Origin: an archaeon
GTDB lineage: Archaea > Iainarchaeota > Iainarchaeia > Iainarchaeales > JAAZKV01
DNA length: 64,000 nt
Assembly (NCBI GenBank): GCA_041653195.1
Contig: JBAZFU010000002.1
Location: forward strand, 87,639 to 151,638
Direction of reading: 5' to 3'
Shown here piece by piece: positions 28,413 to 37,907 of this stretch (within the stretch, counting starts at the first letter, position 1; each line of letters begins with the position of its first letter). The translations under genes and the position numbers were made by a program. A model generated the notes under the pieces. The model was given only the letters and a program-made list of their open reading frames with translations, was not told the DNA's origin and ran no database searches.

Positions 28413-29639
28413 ATGGTATTTGAAATAGGAATCGGAACAAGCCAAAACTGGGACCCAGAAAAAGCTTCATTAGAAGCGACAACAGACGCTTTAAGCAAGC
28501 TAACGCATCCTCCGACATTCGTTCTTCTTTTTTCCACAATCCACTACGAAAAAAACAACGGCTTCCAAAAAATACTTGACACGACATATACAAAAATACC
28601 AAAAGAAACCCCCTTGGTTGGAGGGACTGTTGCAGGGTTCATGAACAATAACGGATGTTATACGCGAGGCATGACGATACTAACGTGCTACTCTGATGAA
28701 ATTGAACCGAACATTGACTTCGCAAGTAATATAAAAATAAACCCACAAACAGCCTCAAATAAATTAAATTTTCAAGACAATGAAAATTCGATAATAATTA
28801 CTAATATTGCAAACGGGACTGTTCCCAATCTCCCATTTCTTGGAAGAAAAAGAATTATTAGGGCACCACTGCCAGATAAAATCCTTCTAAAATCAGTTGA
28901 ATTGTTAAGTTTATTTGGATATGGTGTCGGCAGGGAACCCGAATTCGAAAAAAATCTTGCTCAGCGACTTCCGAACACCAGTCAACTGATTGTGGCAAAT
29001 TATGATGACAACAATTCGCTCAGCAATTACCAATTTCATAAAAAGGCTGTATTGAAGAATTCAGCCTCATGTCTTCAGTTAAAATTTAAAAATAATTTTA
29101 GTATGAACAGCGAATTTGGAGCAATAGAAACCGGAAAGAAGTTTACTATATCTGATGAAGGCGTATACGGATGCGCATTTTCTAAGGCAAACAAAAACAA
29201 TGCCCTTGATGAATTATGGGATTTGTTAGGATGGGACAAAAGCAGCCTAACCGAACAAATCTACCGAAGAACTTATTACTACCCCATAGGATACAAAATA
29301 GATGACAAAAAATATTCATTGCACATAATGGGATTAGTAATAAACAACAGTATTTGCACAACCCACAAATTTGATAAAAAAGAGAATGAATTTTTCGTAA
29401 CAAGCGGGAAAAAAATAATTGAAAGCGTCAAAAACATGACTGATCAAAACGAAAAAAACAATTTTATCTTTGGCAATTTTTGCACATCCCATTTAGAAAC
29501 ACTTGGGAAAAAAATATTCCAAATAAATGAATTAATTAAAGAAAATCACTTGATAGTATTTTCGGCAGGCGAGGGGTACAAATACAAAAAAGAAGAACCT
29601 TACTTTTTCAATTCTTCTTTTACTTTTTTCAAATTTTGA
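28413..29639 (+). CDS. FIST-domain protein
   Basis: MVFEIGIGTS...PTFVLLFSTIHYE...PLVGGTVAGFMNNNG...GMTILTCY follows the FIST_N pattern. GGTGA lies upstream of the ATG at 28413. The coding sequence is very AT-rich. Confidence 0.7.
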   Translation: MVFEIGIGTSQNWDPEKASLEATTDALSKLTHPPTFVLLFSTIHYEKNNGFQKILDTTYTKIPKETPLVGGTVAGFMNNNGCYTRGMTILTCYSDEIEPNIDFASNIKINPQTASNKLNFQDNENSIIITNIANGTVPNLPFLGRKRIIRAPLPDKILLKSVELLSLFGYGVGREPEFEKNLAQRLPNTSQLIVANYDDNNSLSNYQFHKKAVLKNSASCLQLKFKNNFSMNSEFGAIETGKKFTISDEGVYGCAFSKANKNNALDELWDLLGWDKSSLTEQIYRRTYYYPIGYKIDDKKYSLHIMGLVINNSICTTHKFDKKENEFFVTSGKKIIESVKNMTDQNEKNNFIFGNFCTSHLETLGKKIFQINELIKENHLIVFSAGEGYKYKKEEPYFFNSSFTFFKF

Positions 29640-30811
29640 CTCTTAACAAAATTTTTAACATGTTTACAATCCATTTTAATCAATCGGCGAACACCATCCA
29701 AATCCAATATCTGAGAAATTAACAAAAAAAACAAAAAATGCCTTTTTTCTTCTTCTTTCAACAAAAATATGTCTAATGAAATTTTTTGAATTTCTTTAGA
29801 ATAATTCCAAATGTCAACATATTTCTTGTCCATCAAATCAATAAAATCCAAATCAATGTCCGAGTTTGCCAAATAAAGTTTAGAAAGATTGCCTGCAGAA
29901 TAACCACTAATCAAACCTGGCAAAATACCCTCTAAAAACGGTTTCAAATTATGATTTGCTGCATCACCACAAAAAATAACATTTCCAAAACGCATTTTGT
30001 CAACCACATCACCCCACACAACATCTTTTGTCTTGTCTTTCACAATTGCATAATTTTTTACTTGACGCGCTACATACGGCAAAGAAATAAATTCATTAAA
30101 CATTGTCGATAATTTTTTTTTCTTAAACGTGCACCCTATGCCAACATTAGCAACAGATTTTGATTTTGGAAATATATATCCATAGCCGCCCTCTGCAAAG
30201 CCGCCAATAAATATTTGTTCAACTTTTGAGTCATTTAATTTTAGATTAGAAAGTTCAAAAGAATATGCATAACCTGTTTCTCCTTTTTTTGGATTATATA
30301 ATCCAAGTTTTTTTGAAACTACTGAAAAACTGCCATCCGCCGCAATTAATACTTTAGGGCTAATTACTAATTCATCCGAATTAAACTTATTTTTTACAAA
30401 TACTTTCTTGACAACTATTTCAGACTTGACCCCTGAAAAATCAATGTCAACCAATTCATAACCCAAATAGTGTTTCGCACCATTTGCAAGTGACTTTTTT
30501 GCCAATTGTTTTTCAAAAAACGACCTGTCAATAGTATACCCTGCCCAATAATCTCCACGCCGCTTTATTTCATAATCATGACAAAAAAAATCAACACCTT
30601 TGATTGACCACATATTCCCCAGATTGACGTTAAGCGGTAGCACATCAAGTAAATACCCCCCTATTCCTTCAGCACAACGAATGTCCTCTCCAATGACTAC
30701 TTGCTTTTCGATAATAATAGTGTTTAAATTATTATTAGCGCAAGAAGCTCCTGCAGCCAATCCCGCGGGCCCGCCTCCAACAACAAGAACATCACAAGTT
30801 AGCTCTTTCAT
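29600..30811 (-). CDS. Geranylgeranyl reductase-family FAD-dependent oxidoreductase (copy 1)
   Basis: CDVLVVGGGPAGLAAG dinucleotide-binding motif, IRCAEGIGG (Cys-containing motif in the position of the GGR catalytic Cys) and GDAANH. Confidence 0.8.
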   Translation of the reverse strand: MKELTCDVLVVGGGPAGLAAGASCANNNLNTIIIEKQVVIGEDIRCAEGIGGYLLDVLPLNVNLGNMWSIKGVDFFCHDYEIKRRGDYWAGYTIDRSFFEKQLAKKSLANGAKHYLGYELVDIDFSGVKSEIVVKKVFVKNKFNSDELVISPKVLIAADGSFSVVSKKLGLYNPKKGETGYAYSFELSNLKLNDSKVEQIFIGGFAEGGYGYIFPKSKSVANVGIGCTFKKKKLSTMFNEFISLPYVARQVKNYAIVKDKTKDVVWGDVVDKMRFGNVIFCGDAANHNLKPFLEGILPGLISGYSAGNLSKLYLANSDIDLDFIDLMDKKYVDIWNYSKEIQKISLDIFLLKEEEKRHFLFFLLISQILDLDGVRRLIKMDCKHVKNFVKSQNLKKVKEELKK

Positions 30812-30868
30812 ATTTTATAAGTAAAGACGTAGGATATAATAATAGTTTCGGGGAAAACAATTATTTAC

Positions 30869-32044
30869 ATGCAGTATATAATTGGAAACGGCTTGAGTGG
30901 TTTATCCGCAGCTTATTTTTCTAAAGAAGATAACATTGTTTTTGGATCTGACGACAGCAGAATATTGACTCTTAAAACTAAACTCTCAATTGATGTAGGA
31001 GCACAGTTTTTTTCCAAAAATGACCAAAATCTTTTTGACTTAACAAAAAACCTTCTGTTGGAAAATTCCCTAAAAGAAACTACGATTGATAAATTGTCGA
31101 TGCAGCATAAACAAGAATTATTTAAAATAAATGACAACTTTTCAGAATTAAATGAAGTCATGGCAAAAAAGCTGAATGAATTCAAAACTTTTTTGAGCAA
31201 AAGCGATGAACTCCTTGAAAAAATGCCCAAAGAATTATTTGAAACTAATTTCAACAAATGGTACAAAAAAAATTTTGATAAAGACACTATCTGGTTCATT
31301 GATTCATTACTCAAATCAATAACCTTCATCGAGTCAAAAGACGTTTGTGCATTTTATGGAATAATTGCATGCCAAAGCTTCTTTACAAAAACTTACACAT
31401 TTGAAAAAGGGCTCTCAGAAATAATAAATAAGTTAAAAGAAAAAACAAAAGTGGAAAGTGCCGAAGTAAGACAAATATCTTTTTCTTCGGGAAACGCCAC
31501 AATATTTTTTGATAAAAATGAAAAAATTTCAGAAAACGGCGACAAAATAATTTCTGCAATCCCAAGCAACAAGCTCGCCAAAATCCTTGAAGAAAAGGAA
31601 CTTGCAAACGTTTTGAAAAAAATGCCTTATGCAGGTTGCAGTGTTTTAGTGGCAAACAGCGACGCCCCCTTGACAAAAAAAACCAACGGCATAATTTTTT
31701 CAAAAAAACAAAAAATCTCCGCAATTTTAAAAAATGAAGAATACTATACGATTCTAGCGCCCTACAAAAAAGATCAAACCGCCCCAAATCAAAAAATACT
31801 GCTGAACGAATTAAAAAAAATTACGAATAACGATAACATAGAAATTACTTGTTTCAAAAATTGGGATTATGGCCTACCAACATGTTCTCCAAAAATGTTC
31901 AAGTATCAACAAAAAATAATTGAAATAACTAACCAATATGATAATTTCGCCATTTGTGGCGATTTTATGGGACTGCCCTCACTAGATGCCTGTGTTGAAA
32001 GTGCAAAAAAAGCCGTTTTAAAAATAGAAAAAAATAACCCCTAA
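30869..32044 (+). CDS. Amine-oxidase/phytoene-desaturase/protoporphyrinogen-oxidase-like flavoprotein, degenerate
   Basis: The N-terminal MQYIIGNGLSGLSAAYF and DVGAQFF blocks resemble the CrtI/HemY family. The second half of the dinucleotide-binding motif is not evident. Confidence 0.6.
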   Translation: MQYIIGNGLSGLSAAYFSKEDNIVFGSDDSRILTLKTKLSIDVGAQFFSKNDQNLFDLTKNLLLENSLKETTIDKLSMQHKQELFKINDNFSELNEVMAKKLNEFKTFLSKSDELLEKMPKELFETNFNKWYKKNFDKDTIWFIDSLLKSITFIESKDVCAFYGIIACQSFFTKTYTFEKGLSEIINKLKEKTKVESAEVRQISFSSGNATIFFDKNEKISENGDKIISAIPSNKLAKILEEKELANVLKKMPYAGCSVLVANSDAPLTKKTNGIIFSKKQKISAILKNEEYYTILAPYKKDQTAPNQKILLNELKKITNNDNIEITCFKNWDYGLPTCSPKMFKYQQKIIEITNQYDNFAICGDFMGLPSLDACVESAKKAVLKIEKNNP

Positions 32045-33267
32045 TAAAAAGGCAATAATGCTTTCGCAGCAGCCTTTGCACCAATTCTGATTGTTTTGTG
32101 CGGCTTTCTGAGCAGCGCAAACACAATATGCCTCAATTTGAAATTTTCCTCGTCAACAAGTTCATCCAAATGCTGCTTTGAATGCAAATAATTTGCCGAT
32201 TCAACCAAAAAATCAAAATCAGGATTTGTAAGTTTATCATAAACGCCCCTGAAAAAATGACCCTGCGACTCGTCACCCAAAGATTTCTTCAAAGAAACTT
32301 CATAGTGCTTCAAAGCCTTTTCATTCAAACCATGCGATTTGATGCTTTCGGCAAGAAGATAACCTGATTTCATCGCAGGATTAACGCCATAAGCAAAAAC
32401 AGGACTCATTACCCTCGCAGCATCGCCGCACAAAGCAACATTGCCCACCACTCTTTTTGAAATCATGGAAGCTGTGCATTCGCCCGAATTAAAATTTATC
32501 ACCTTTGCGCCGAGCATTATTCCAAAGAGCTCAGGATTTTTCGCAATAAAATCGTCGAAATATTCCTTCAAAGGGCGCTTTGCCCTTTTCTTGTTTACAA
32601 CAACCATTGCAATCCCAATTTCGTTTGAAACCTTCCCGACAAAAAAATATCCGCCAGGGGCATAAAAAGAATCAAAAAAAATGCTTGTCGAATTGTTTTC
32701 CATTTTCAGACCTTCCATTAGCGCACCAAAACCGGCAATAGTAACTGGATTCTTCTGCGTAATTCCGAGCAAATGCAAGAATTTTGAATTGGGGCCGTCG
32801 GCCGCAACAACTATTTTTGGTTCAACAACGACTTTTTTTCCGTTTCTATTAATTATGACTGAAGAAATTTTTCCTTTAGCGCCAAAATCGTGTTTTTCTA
32901 TTTCAGAATTAAACCAAATATCCACCCCGTTGTCTTTCATCGCAAGAAACAGGGAATAATCAAGCGAATCTTTTGACGGACCGCGCAAGAAAAACAGGTC
33001 GTGAACGGAAGAAACGAAAGTGAATTTGTTGTTCGGGGAAAACCAGACGGATTTGTTTGTTTTTGCCAAATAATCTGATTTCAATTCCTTAATTATGTGC
33101 TCAATTCCCTTATTCTCAGTTATATCAATTTTTCTTGAATGCGCTTCGCCCCACTTCTTTGCCTTATCTATGCAGATTACTTCAAATCCTTCTTTCGCAA
33201 GCTTTGAGGAACAGGTTGCGCCGCTTGGACCGGCGCCAATAACCAAAACATCGCATTTGAGAACCAT
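32041..33267 (-). CDS. Geranylgeranyl reductase-family FAD-dependent oxidoreductase (copy 2, lacks the Cys motif)
   Basis: CDVLVIGAGPSGATCSSKLAKEGFEVICIDK, VVAADGPNSKF and CGDAARVMSP. I see no CGG/CxE-type motif after the first beta-alpha-beta. The ATG at 33267 is preferred. Confidence 0.8.
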   Translation of the reverse strand: MVLKCDVLVIGAGPSGATCSSKLAKEGFEVICIDKAKKWGEAHSRKIDITENKGIEHIIKELKSDYLAKTNKSVWFSPNNKFTFVSSVHDLFFLRGPSKDSLDYSLFLAMKDNGVDIWFNSEIEKHDFGAKGKISSVIINRNGKKVVVEPKIVVAADGPNSKFLHLLGITQKNPVTIAGFGALMEGLKMENNSTSIFFDSFYAPGGYFFVGKVSNEIGIAMVVVNKKRAKRPLKEYFDDFIAKNPELFGIMLGAKVINFNSGECTASMISKRVVGNVALCGDAARVMSPVFAYGVNPAMKSGYLLAESIKSHGLNEKALKHYEVSLKKSLGDESQGHFFRGVYDKLTNPDFDFLVESANYLHSKQHLDELVDEENFKLRHIVFALLRKPHKTIRIGAKAAAKALLPFY

Positions 33268-33316
33268 CACAAAAACCAAATGCACTTATAAAAATAAAAA
33301 AATCAAAACTAAAAAT

Positions 33317-33706
33317 TCAAATTTGCGAGGGAACTTCCTCTTTTTTTTCAATTATTTGTTTTATTTTTCTTTTTGAGTTCTCAACCTCAACATCAATCAA
33401 ACCCATATTGGCGAGCGACGGAATTATCACAAGCAAAGAAAATGTCTGGCTCACGGGTGCAAAAATTATTGTGTACTCGCCAAGCTCAAAGTAAAGCCTG
33501 TCGATTTTATAAATAAAAAATTTATCTATTATTGGAAATATTTCGTTTGTAGTGTTCTTTACAAGATTCCACAAATTAACATCCTTTACTTTTATTCCTT
33601 CAGGGACTATTCCGCCAAGCCCTTTTTTTGCAAGCATACAGGCTAAGACGTCATCCATTCGCAGAAGATCAGAGAGAACCGCAAGCACTTCTTCTTTTTT
33701 TGGCAT
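33317..33706 (-). CDS. Roadblock/LC7 (MglB-like) domain protein
   Basis: 129 aa. LSDLLRMDDVLACMLAKKGLGGIVPEG...YTIIFAPVSQTFSLLVIIPSLANMGLI follows the Roadblock/LC7 pattern. Confidence 0.65.
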   Translation of the reverse strand: MPKKEEVLAVLSDLLRMDDVLACMLAKKGLGGIVPEGIKVKDVNLWNLVKNTTNEIFPIIDKFFIYKIDRLYFELGEYTIIFAPVSQTFSLLVIIPSLANMGLIDVEVENSKRKIKQIIEKKEEVPSQI

Positions 33707-33708
33707 AA

Positions 33709-34365
33709 TCAGTAATTAATAGCCTTATCATCATAATAAAACTTTCTATGCGCAACGAGATGTTTGCTATAACGCATTACGGAAGCATATCCGATGTCCC
33801 ATGCCAAAAAAGCAAAAAAGTATATTAATGGGAAAAAATTTAGAAGTGCAAACGAAAAAACAACAATTTTCATAACGAATCTGTACTCAAAAAACAAGTG
33901 AATATACTTCCCAAAATGCTTAACTGTATGATAAATATTGTTTTTATCAACAAAGTCATTTCCAACTTCGTCAAGAATTCCTGCAATAGAGATTGAAATT
34001 AGCGCAATTGGGTAAATGAAAATAAAATCTAACGGAGAAGAGCTTAGGAAAAAGAATGCCACATAAACGCAGAGAACTCCCATAATAAAAGCAATATTGT
34101 CAATCTTGCCCTTAACAACAACCCCAATTATTACTGCTGTCAAAATAAGCGCCGAAATTGGGCTAAGTGCCATTATGTACCCCCAATAAATCGCGGTTAC
34201 CGGCGCAAGAATAAGAGCAACAGTCCTTGGAAAAGTTTTTTCATCAAACGCATCATCGATGTATTTAATACTTGCTCCTAACAAAAAATACGAAACAACC
34301 AAAAAAACAGAATATATGAAAGCATCCTGCATTAAAATTTCTTTAAAAATCAAAGGCAATACCAA
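33709..34365 (-). CDS. Polytopic membrane protein with two Asp-rich motifs (UbiA-prenyltransferase-like?)
   Basis: Six or so hydrophobic helices. IKYIDDAFDE follows helix 1 and GILDEVGNDFVD comes mid-protein. A 2-nt gap separates it from the downstream Roadblock gene. Confidence 0.65.
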   Translation of the reverse strand: MVLPLIFKEILMQDAFIYSVFLVVSYFLLGASIKYIDDAFDEKTFPRTVALILAPVTAIYWGYIMALSPISALILTAVIIGVVVKGKIDNIAFIMGVLCVYVAFFFLSSSPLDFIFIYPIALISISIAGILDEVGNDFVDKNNIYHTVKHFGKYIHLFFEYRFVMKIVVFSFALLNFFPLIYFFAFLAWDIGYASVMRYSKHLVAHRKFYYDDKAINY

Positions 34366-34416
34366 TCAAAACACCTTGGGAGTTAGTAAATAATTTAATT
34401 AATTATTTGCACCGAG

Positions 34417-35181
34417 CTATATCTCAGACTCTTTTATTACTATCCCGTTAGACTCCATCGCATAAGGTATAGTCGCCTTATTGTGGTCAGTATAACGCAT
34501 CTTTCTCAATATCAAACTTCTAAAATCGACCGAACCAACTCCAACATAATTAAGCATTATAACGCCATCCGCAATGAATTCGCTCACGCCGTCGGCGCTT
34601 AGCTGTCCGTCGCTTTCCGGCAACTCCGTCGTCATCAAAGTCGTTAACCTGTATTTTCTCAATTCTTTGAACAATTTGTAAAGAATACTTTTCGCGACGA
34701 CCTGCTCGGTGCGGGGAATCGGGTTAACGCTCTCAGCGATTTGCACCATTGAAAAGCCCGAATCGTCCGTAATGCCCGAAATAAGAAGAGAATCCGTGAG
34801 CGTGGTCAGTGAATCCACAACAATTCTCTTTGGATTAAATTTTTGAATCGCATCATCAATCTTCGTCATAAAATTTTCGCCAACAGTAATATCAAAATAA
34901 ATTATTTTCACAAGACTCTTTTGCTCCAAATCGTTAATGTTCCAATTAAAGCCCGCAGCCTGCTTAATTAATTCCTCGCGGCCCTGCTCAGTAGAAATAT
35001 ACAAAGCCTTTTCACCGAACAAAAGAGCGCCGTTAACCGCGTACTGCAAAGCAAGCGTCGATTTTCCTGTTCCTGCGCCGCCAGAAATAAGCACAATGTT
35101 TCCCTCGGGAATCCCGCCTTTCAGCGCAGAATCAAGACCCTGAATCCCGAATTTCGTGCGAACGATTTCCTCAAGAGGCAT
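34417..35181 (-). CDS. KaiC/RadA-like RecA-superfamily ATPase (single domain)
   Basis: GIQGLDSALKGGIPEGNIVLISGGAGTGKSTLALQY (Walker A) and RIVVDSLT (Walker B). 254 aa. Confidence 0.85.
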   Translation of the reverse strand: MPLEEIVRTKFGIQGLDSALKGGIPEGNIVLISGGAGTGKSTLALQYAVNGALLFGEKALYISTEQGREELIKQAAGFNWNINDLEQKSLVKIIYFDITVGENFMTKIDDAIQKFNPKRIVVDSLTTLTDSLLISGITDDSGFSMVQIAESVNPIPRTEQVVAKSILYKLFKELRKYRLTTLMTTELPESDGQLSADGVSEFIADGVIMLNYVGVGSVDFRSLILRKMRYTDHNKATIPYAMESNGIVIKESEI

Positions 35182-35310
35182 AATATCGCAACTATAAAGC
35201 GAAGAAGTAGTATTTAAAAGTTACATTTTAAGATTCTGCCCAGAGTTATTTCAACGGTGCCAAAATTTTTGACAAGCGCCCCGCAAAAATTGCCTTAAAA
35301 AAAACAATCA

Positions 35311-35955
35311 CTATTTTCCGTAAGCTCTTTTCCGTTGCGAAATCCTTCCGGAATTTTTTAGAACCGTTATCCTTTTCCTAAAAGCAAAATAATCAAGCGG
35401 CTTCTCTTCCTCGGGCAGAAGTCCGTTAATTTCCTCAATAATTTTGGCGTCGCGCATGCCCGGATTCGCTTTCCTAATCCTAACAATCAGCGAATCAATA
35501 ATTGCAAAAGCCGCTTCCCGTTTTCCTCTCAACCTCATTGCAACATCATATTCTTTTGGGCGCGGAATATCAATCCCTTCTTTAGCAAGTTCATCAAGAG
35601 CCTTCGAAACAAGACCCTTGCTCAAACCCCTCTCCAATCCCGCAGCCTTTGCTTCAACAATAACCTCTCTTGAAGTAACATTTCTCCCTGAAGCCCCAAT
35701 TTTTCTTGCAATCGGCTTCACAACATTATACTTTACACTATCAAAAACAAGTCGTTGAATTTGCCGCGAACTAAGCCTCCCGCCCTTTAGACGCAAAGCA
35801 GTGCTCAAATCAACACCCCCTCGTTTCGCAGCCTTCGGCAAAGAAACACCATAATTCTGAGCTGAACGAACAACAGCTTCACGCTTTTCAGGAGAAATTC
35901 CCGCAGCAAACCTTCCGGTGCGCGCATCCTTGCGAAAATGATTTCTCGCAGCCAT
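35311..35955 (-). CDS. Arg-rich basic protein, unknown function
   Basis: 214-aa standalone ORF, Arg/Ala/Gly-rich. No motif recognised. Confidence 0.55.
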   Translation of the reverse strand: MAARNHFRKDARTGRFAAGISPEKREAVVRSAQNYGVSLPKAAKRGGVDLSTALRLKGGRLSSRQIQRLVFDSVKYNVVKPIARKIGASGRNVTSREVIVEAKAAGLERGLSKGLVSKALDELAKEGIDIPRPKEYDVAMRLRGKREAAFAIIDSLIVRIRKANPGMRDAKIIEEINGLLPEEEKPLDYFAFRKRITVLKNSGRISQRKRAYGK

Positions 35956-36063
35956 AAAACATTATTAACGCTGGCTGTTAATAAAAACAGCTGGTCTCCA
36001 AAGAAAGAAAGCGCCACCGCTTCTAATTAGCTTTAAAAATAATGCGCAACCCAATTCTCAATC

Positions 36064-37848
36064 ATGGCAACTTCAAGAAAAAAAGAGGCGACACCAAAAG
36101 TTTCCGACGCGAAAGCCGAAGAAATGGAAAAACTCTGGCACACCACCGCACACGTATTTGCGGAAGCACTAACAGAAATTTATCCTAACGCAAAGATAGC
36201 GATAGGGCCGCCGATAGAATGGGGATTCCACTACGACTTTGAGCTCGACAAAAACCTGAACATGGAAGACTTGGTAAAAATTGAAGACAAAATGAGGGAA
36301 ATAATCGCGAGAAAAGAAAAAATAACAAGAAAAGAAATTTCAACAAAAGAAGCGCTCGCACTATTCAAAGACAACCCTTACAAAGTCGAAATGATAAAAG
36401 ATCTCGCTGAGAAAGGGGAAAAAACTGTTTCAACTTACACTAATGGAAAATTCACGGACCTTTGTAAGGGACCACATCTCGAAAGCACTTCAGAAATAAG
36501 AGCGGTGAAACTACTAAAAATTTCAGCAGCATATTGGAAAGGCGACGAGAAAAACAAATCACTTCAAAGAATTTACGGAATCGGATTCAAGAGCCAAAAA
36601 GAACTTGATGACTGGCTGGAAATGAGAAAAAAAGCGGAAGAAAACTCAAATGTAAAATTAGGAAAAGAACTTGACCTATACATGATAAGCGACATTGTTG
36701 GAAAAGGGCTGCCGATTTGGACGCCGAAAGGAACAATGCTTAGAATGCAGTTACAAGATTTTTTGATTAAGGAACAGATGAAGCGCGGATACAGCTTCAT
36801 GGTGACGCCGCACATCGCAAAACTTGATTTGTTCAAAAAGTCGGGACACTACGACAATTACAGGGAAATGATGTACGCACCGATAAAAATCGAGGATGAA
36901 GAATATTTACTAAAACCGATGAACTGCCCGTTTCACATAGTATATTACACAAGAAAGCCGAAAAGCTACCGCGACCTTCCGCTTAGGCTAAGCGAAATGG
37001 GAACGGTTTATAGGTACGAAAAAAGCGGAGAACTTTCAGGATTATTGAGGGTAAGAGGATTCACTCAGGACGATGCGCACATATTTTGCACGCCGGAACA
37101 GGTGAAAGAAGAATTCAAAGCGGTTTTCGATTTAGTAATGAAAGTGATGAACACTCTTGGATTAAAAGATTTCAGAGTAAGAGTTGGAACGAGGGATGAA
37201 AAAGGAACAAAATACGTCGGAGAAATAAAAAACTGGGAAAGGGCAACAAAAGAAATAATTGAAGTGCTTGATGAATTGAAAATAAATTACGAAATAAACC
37301 CTGGAGACGCGGCGTTCTACGGACCGAAAGCAGACATACTCATAAAAGATTCATTGGGAAGAGAATGGCAAACCGGGACGGTCCAGCTTGATTACAATCT
37401 GCCGGAAAGATTCGAATTAGAATATGCGGGCGCGGACGGACAAAAGCACAGGCCAGTAATGATACACAGGGCGCCTTTCGGAAGCTTTGAAAGATTCACT
37501 GGCGTAATAATCGAACACTTCGGCGGCGCATTCCCTGCATGGCTCGCGCCCGAACAAGTAAGAATAATTCCTGTTGCGGAAAAATTCTCTGCTTACGGAA
37601 AAAAAGTCAGGGACGAGCTTGCGGAGCAAGACGTTAGATGCCATCTGGACGACGGAAATGAAACTCTCGGATACAAAATAAGGGAAGCACAAAAAGAAAA
37701 AATTCCTTACGCCCTAGTTGTGGGCGCGAAAGAAGAAGAAGCAAAAAGCGTTGCTGTAAGAGACAGAAAAGGAAAACAGGAAGTAATGAAATTAGAAAAA
37801 TTCGTTGAAACAGTTGTGGAAGAAATTAAAACAAAAAAAATCAATTAA
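36064..37848 (+). CDS. thrS: Threonyl-tRNA synthetase with bacterial-type N2 editing domain, no TGS domain
   Basis: LWHTTAHVFAEAL...IGPPIEWGFHYDF (editing domain), MNCPFH, RVRGFTQDDAHIFC, and HRAPFGSFERF followed by an anticodon-binding domain. Confidence 0.93.
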   Translation: MATSRKKEATPKVSDAKAEEMEKLWHTTAHVFAEALTEIYPNAKIAIGPPIEWGFHYDFELDKNLNMEDLVKIEDKMREIIARKEKITRKEISTKEALALFKDNPYKVEMIKDLAEKGEKTVSTYTNGKFTDLCKGPHLESTSEIRAVKLLKISAAYWKGDEKNKSLQRIYGIGFKSQKELDDWLEMRKKAEENSNVKLGKELDLYMISDIVGKGLPIWTPKGTMLRMQLQDFLIKEQMKRGYSFMVTPHIAKLDLFKKSGHYDNYREMMYAPIKIEDEEYLLKPMNCPFHIVYYTRKPKSYRDLPLRLSEMGTVYRYEKSGELSGLLRVRGFTQDDAHIFCTPEQVKEEFKAVFDLVMKVMNTLGLKDFRVRVGTRDEKGTKYVGEIKNWERATKEIIEVLDELKINYEINPGDAAFYGPKADILIKDSLGREWQTGTVQLDYNLPERFELEYAGADGQKHRPVMIHRAPFGSFERFTGVIIEHFGGAFPAWLAPEQVRIIPVAEKFSAYGKKVRDELAEQDVRCHLDDGNETLGYKIREAQKEKIPYALVVGAKEEEAKSVAVRDRKGKQEVMKLEKFVETVVEEIKTKKIN

Positions 37849-37907
37849 ATTCCGTCAAGAAGCGCGGCAATCAATTAACTATTAAATTTTATTGTGTGGG
37901 AAAAAAC

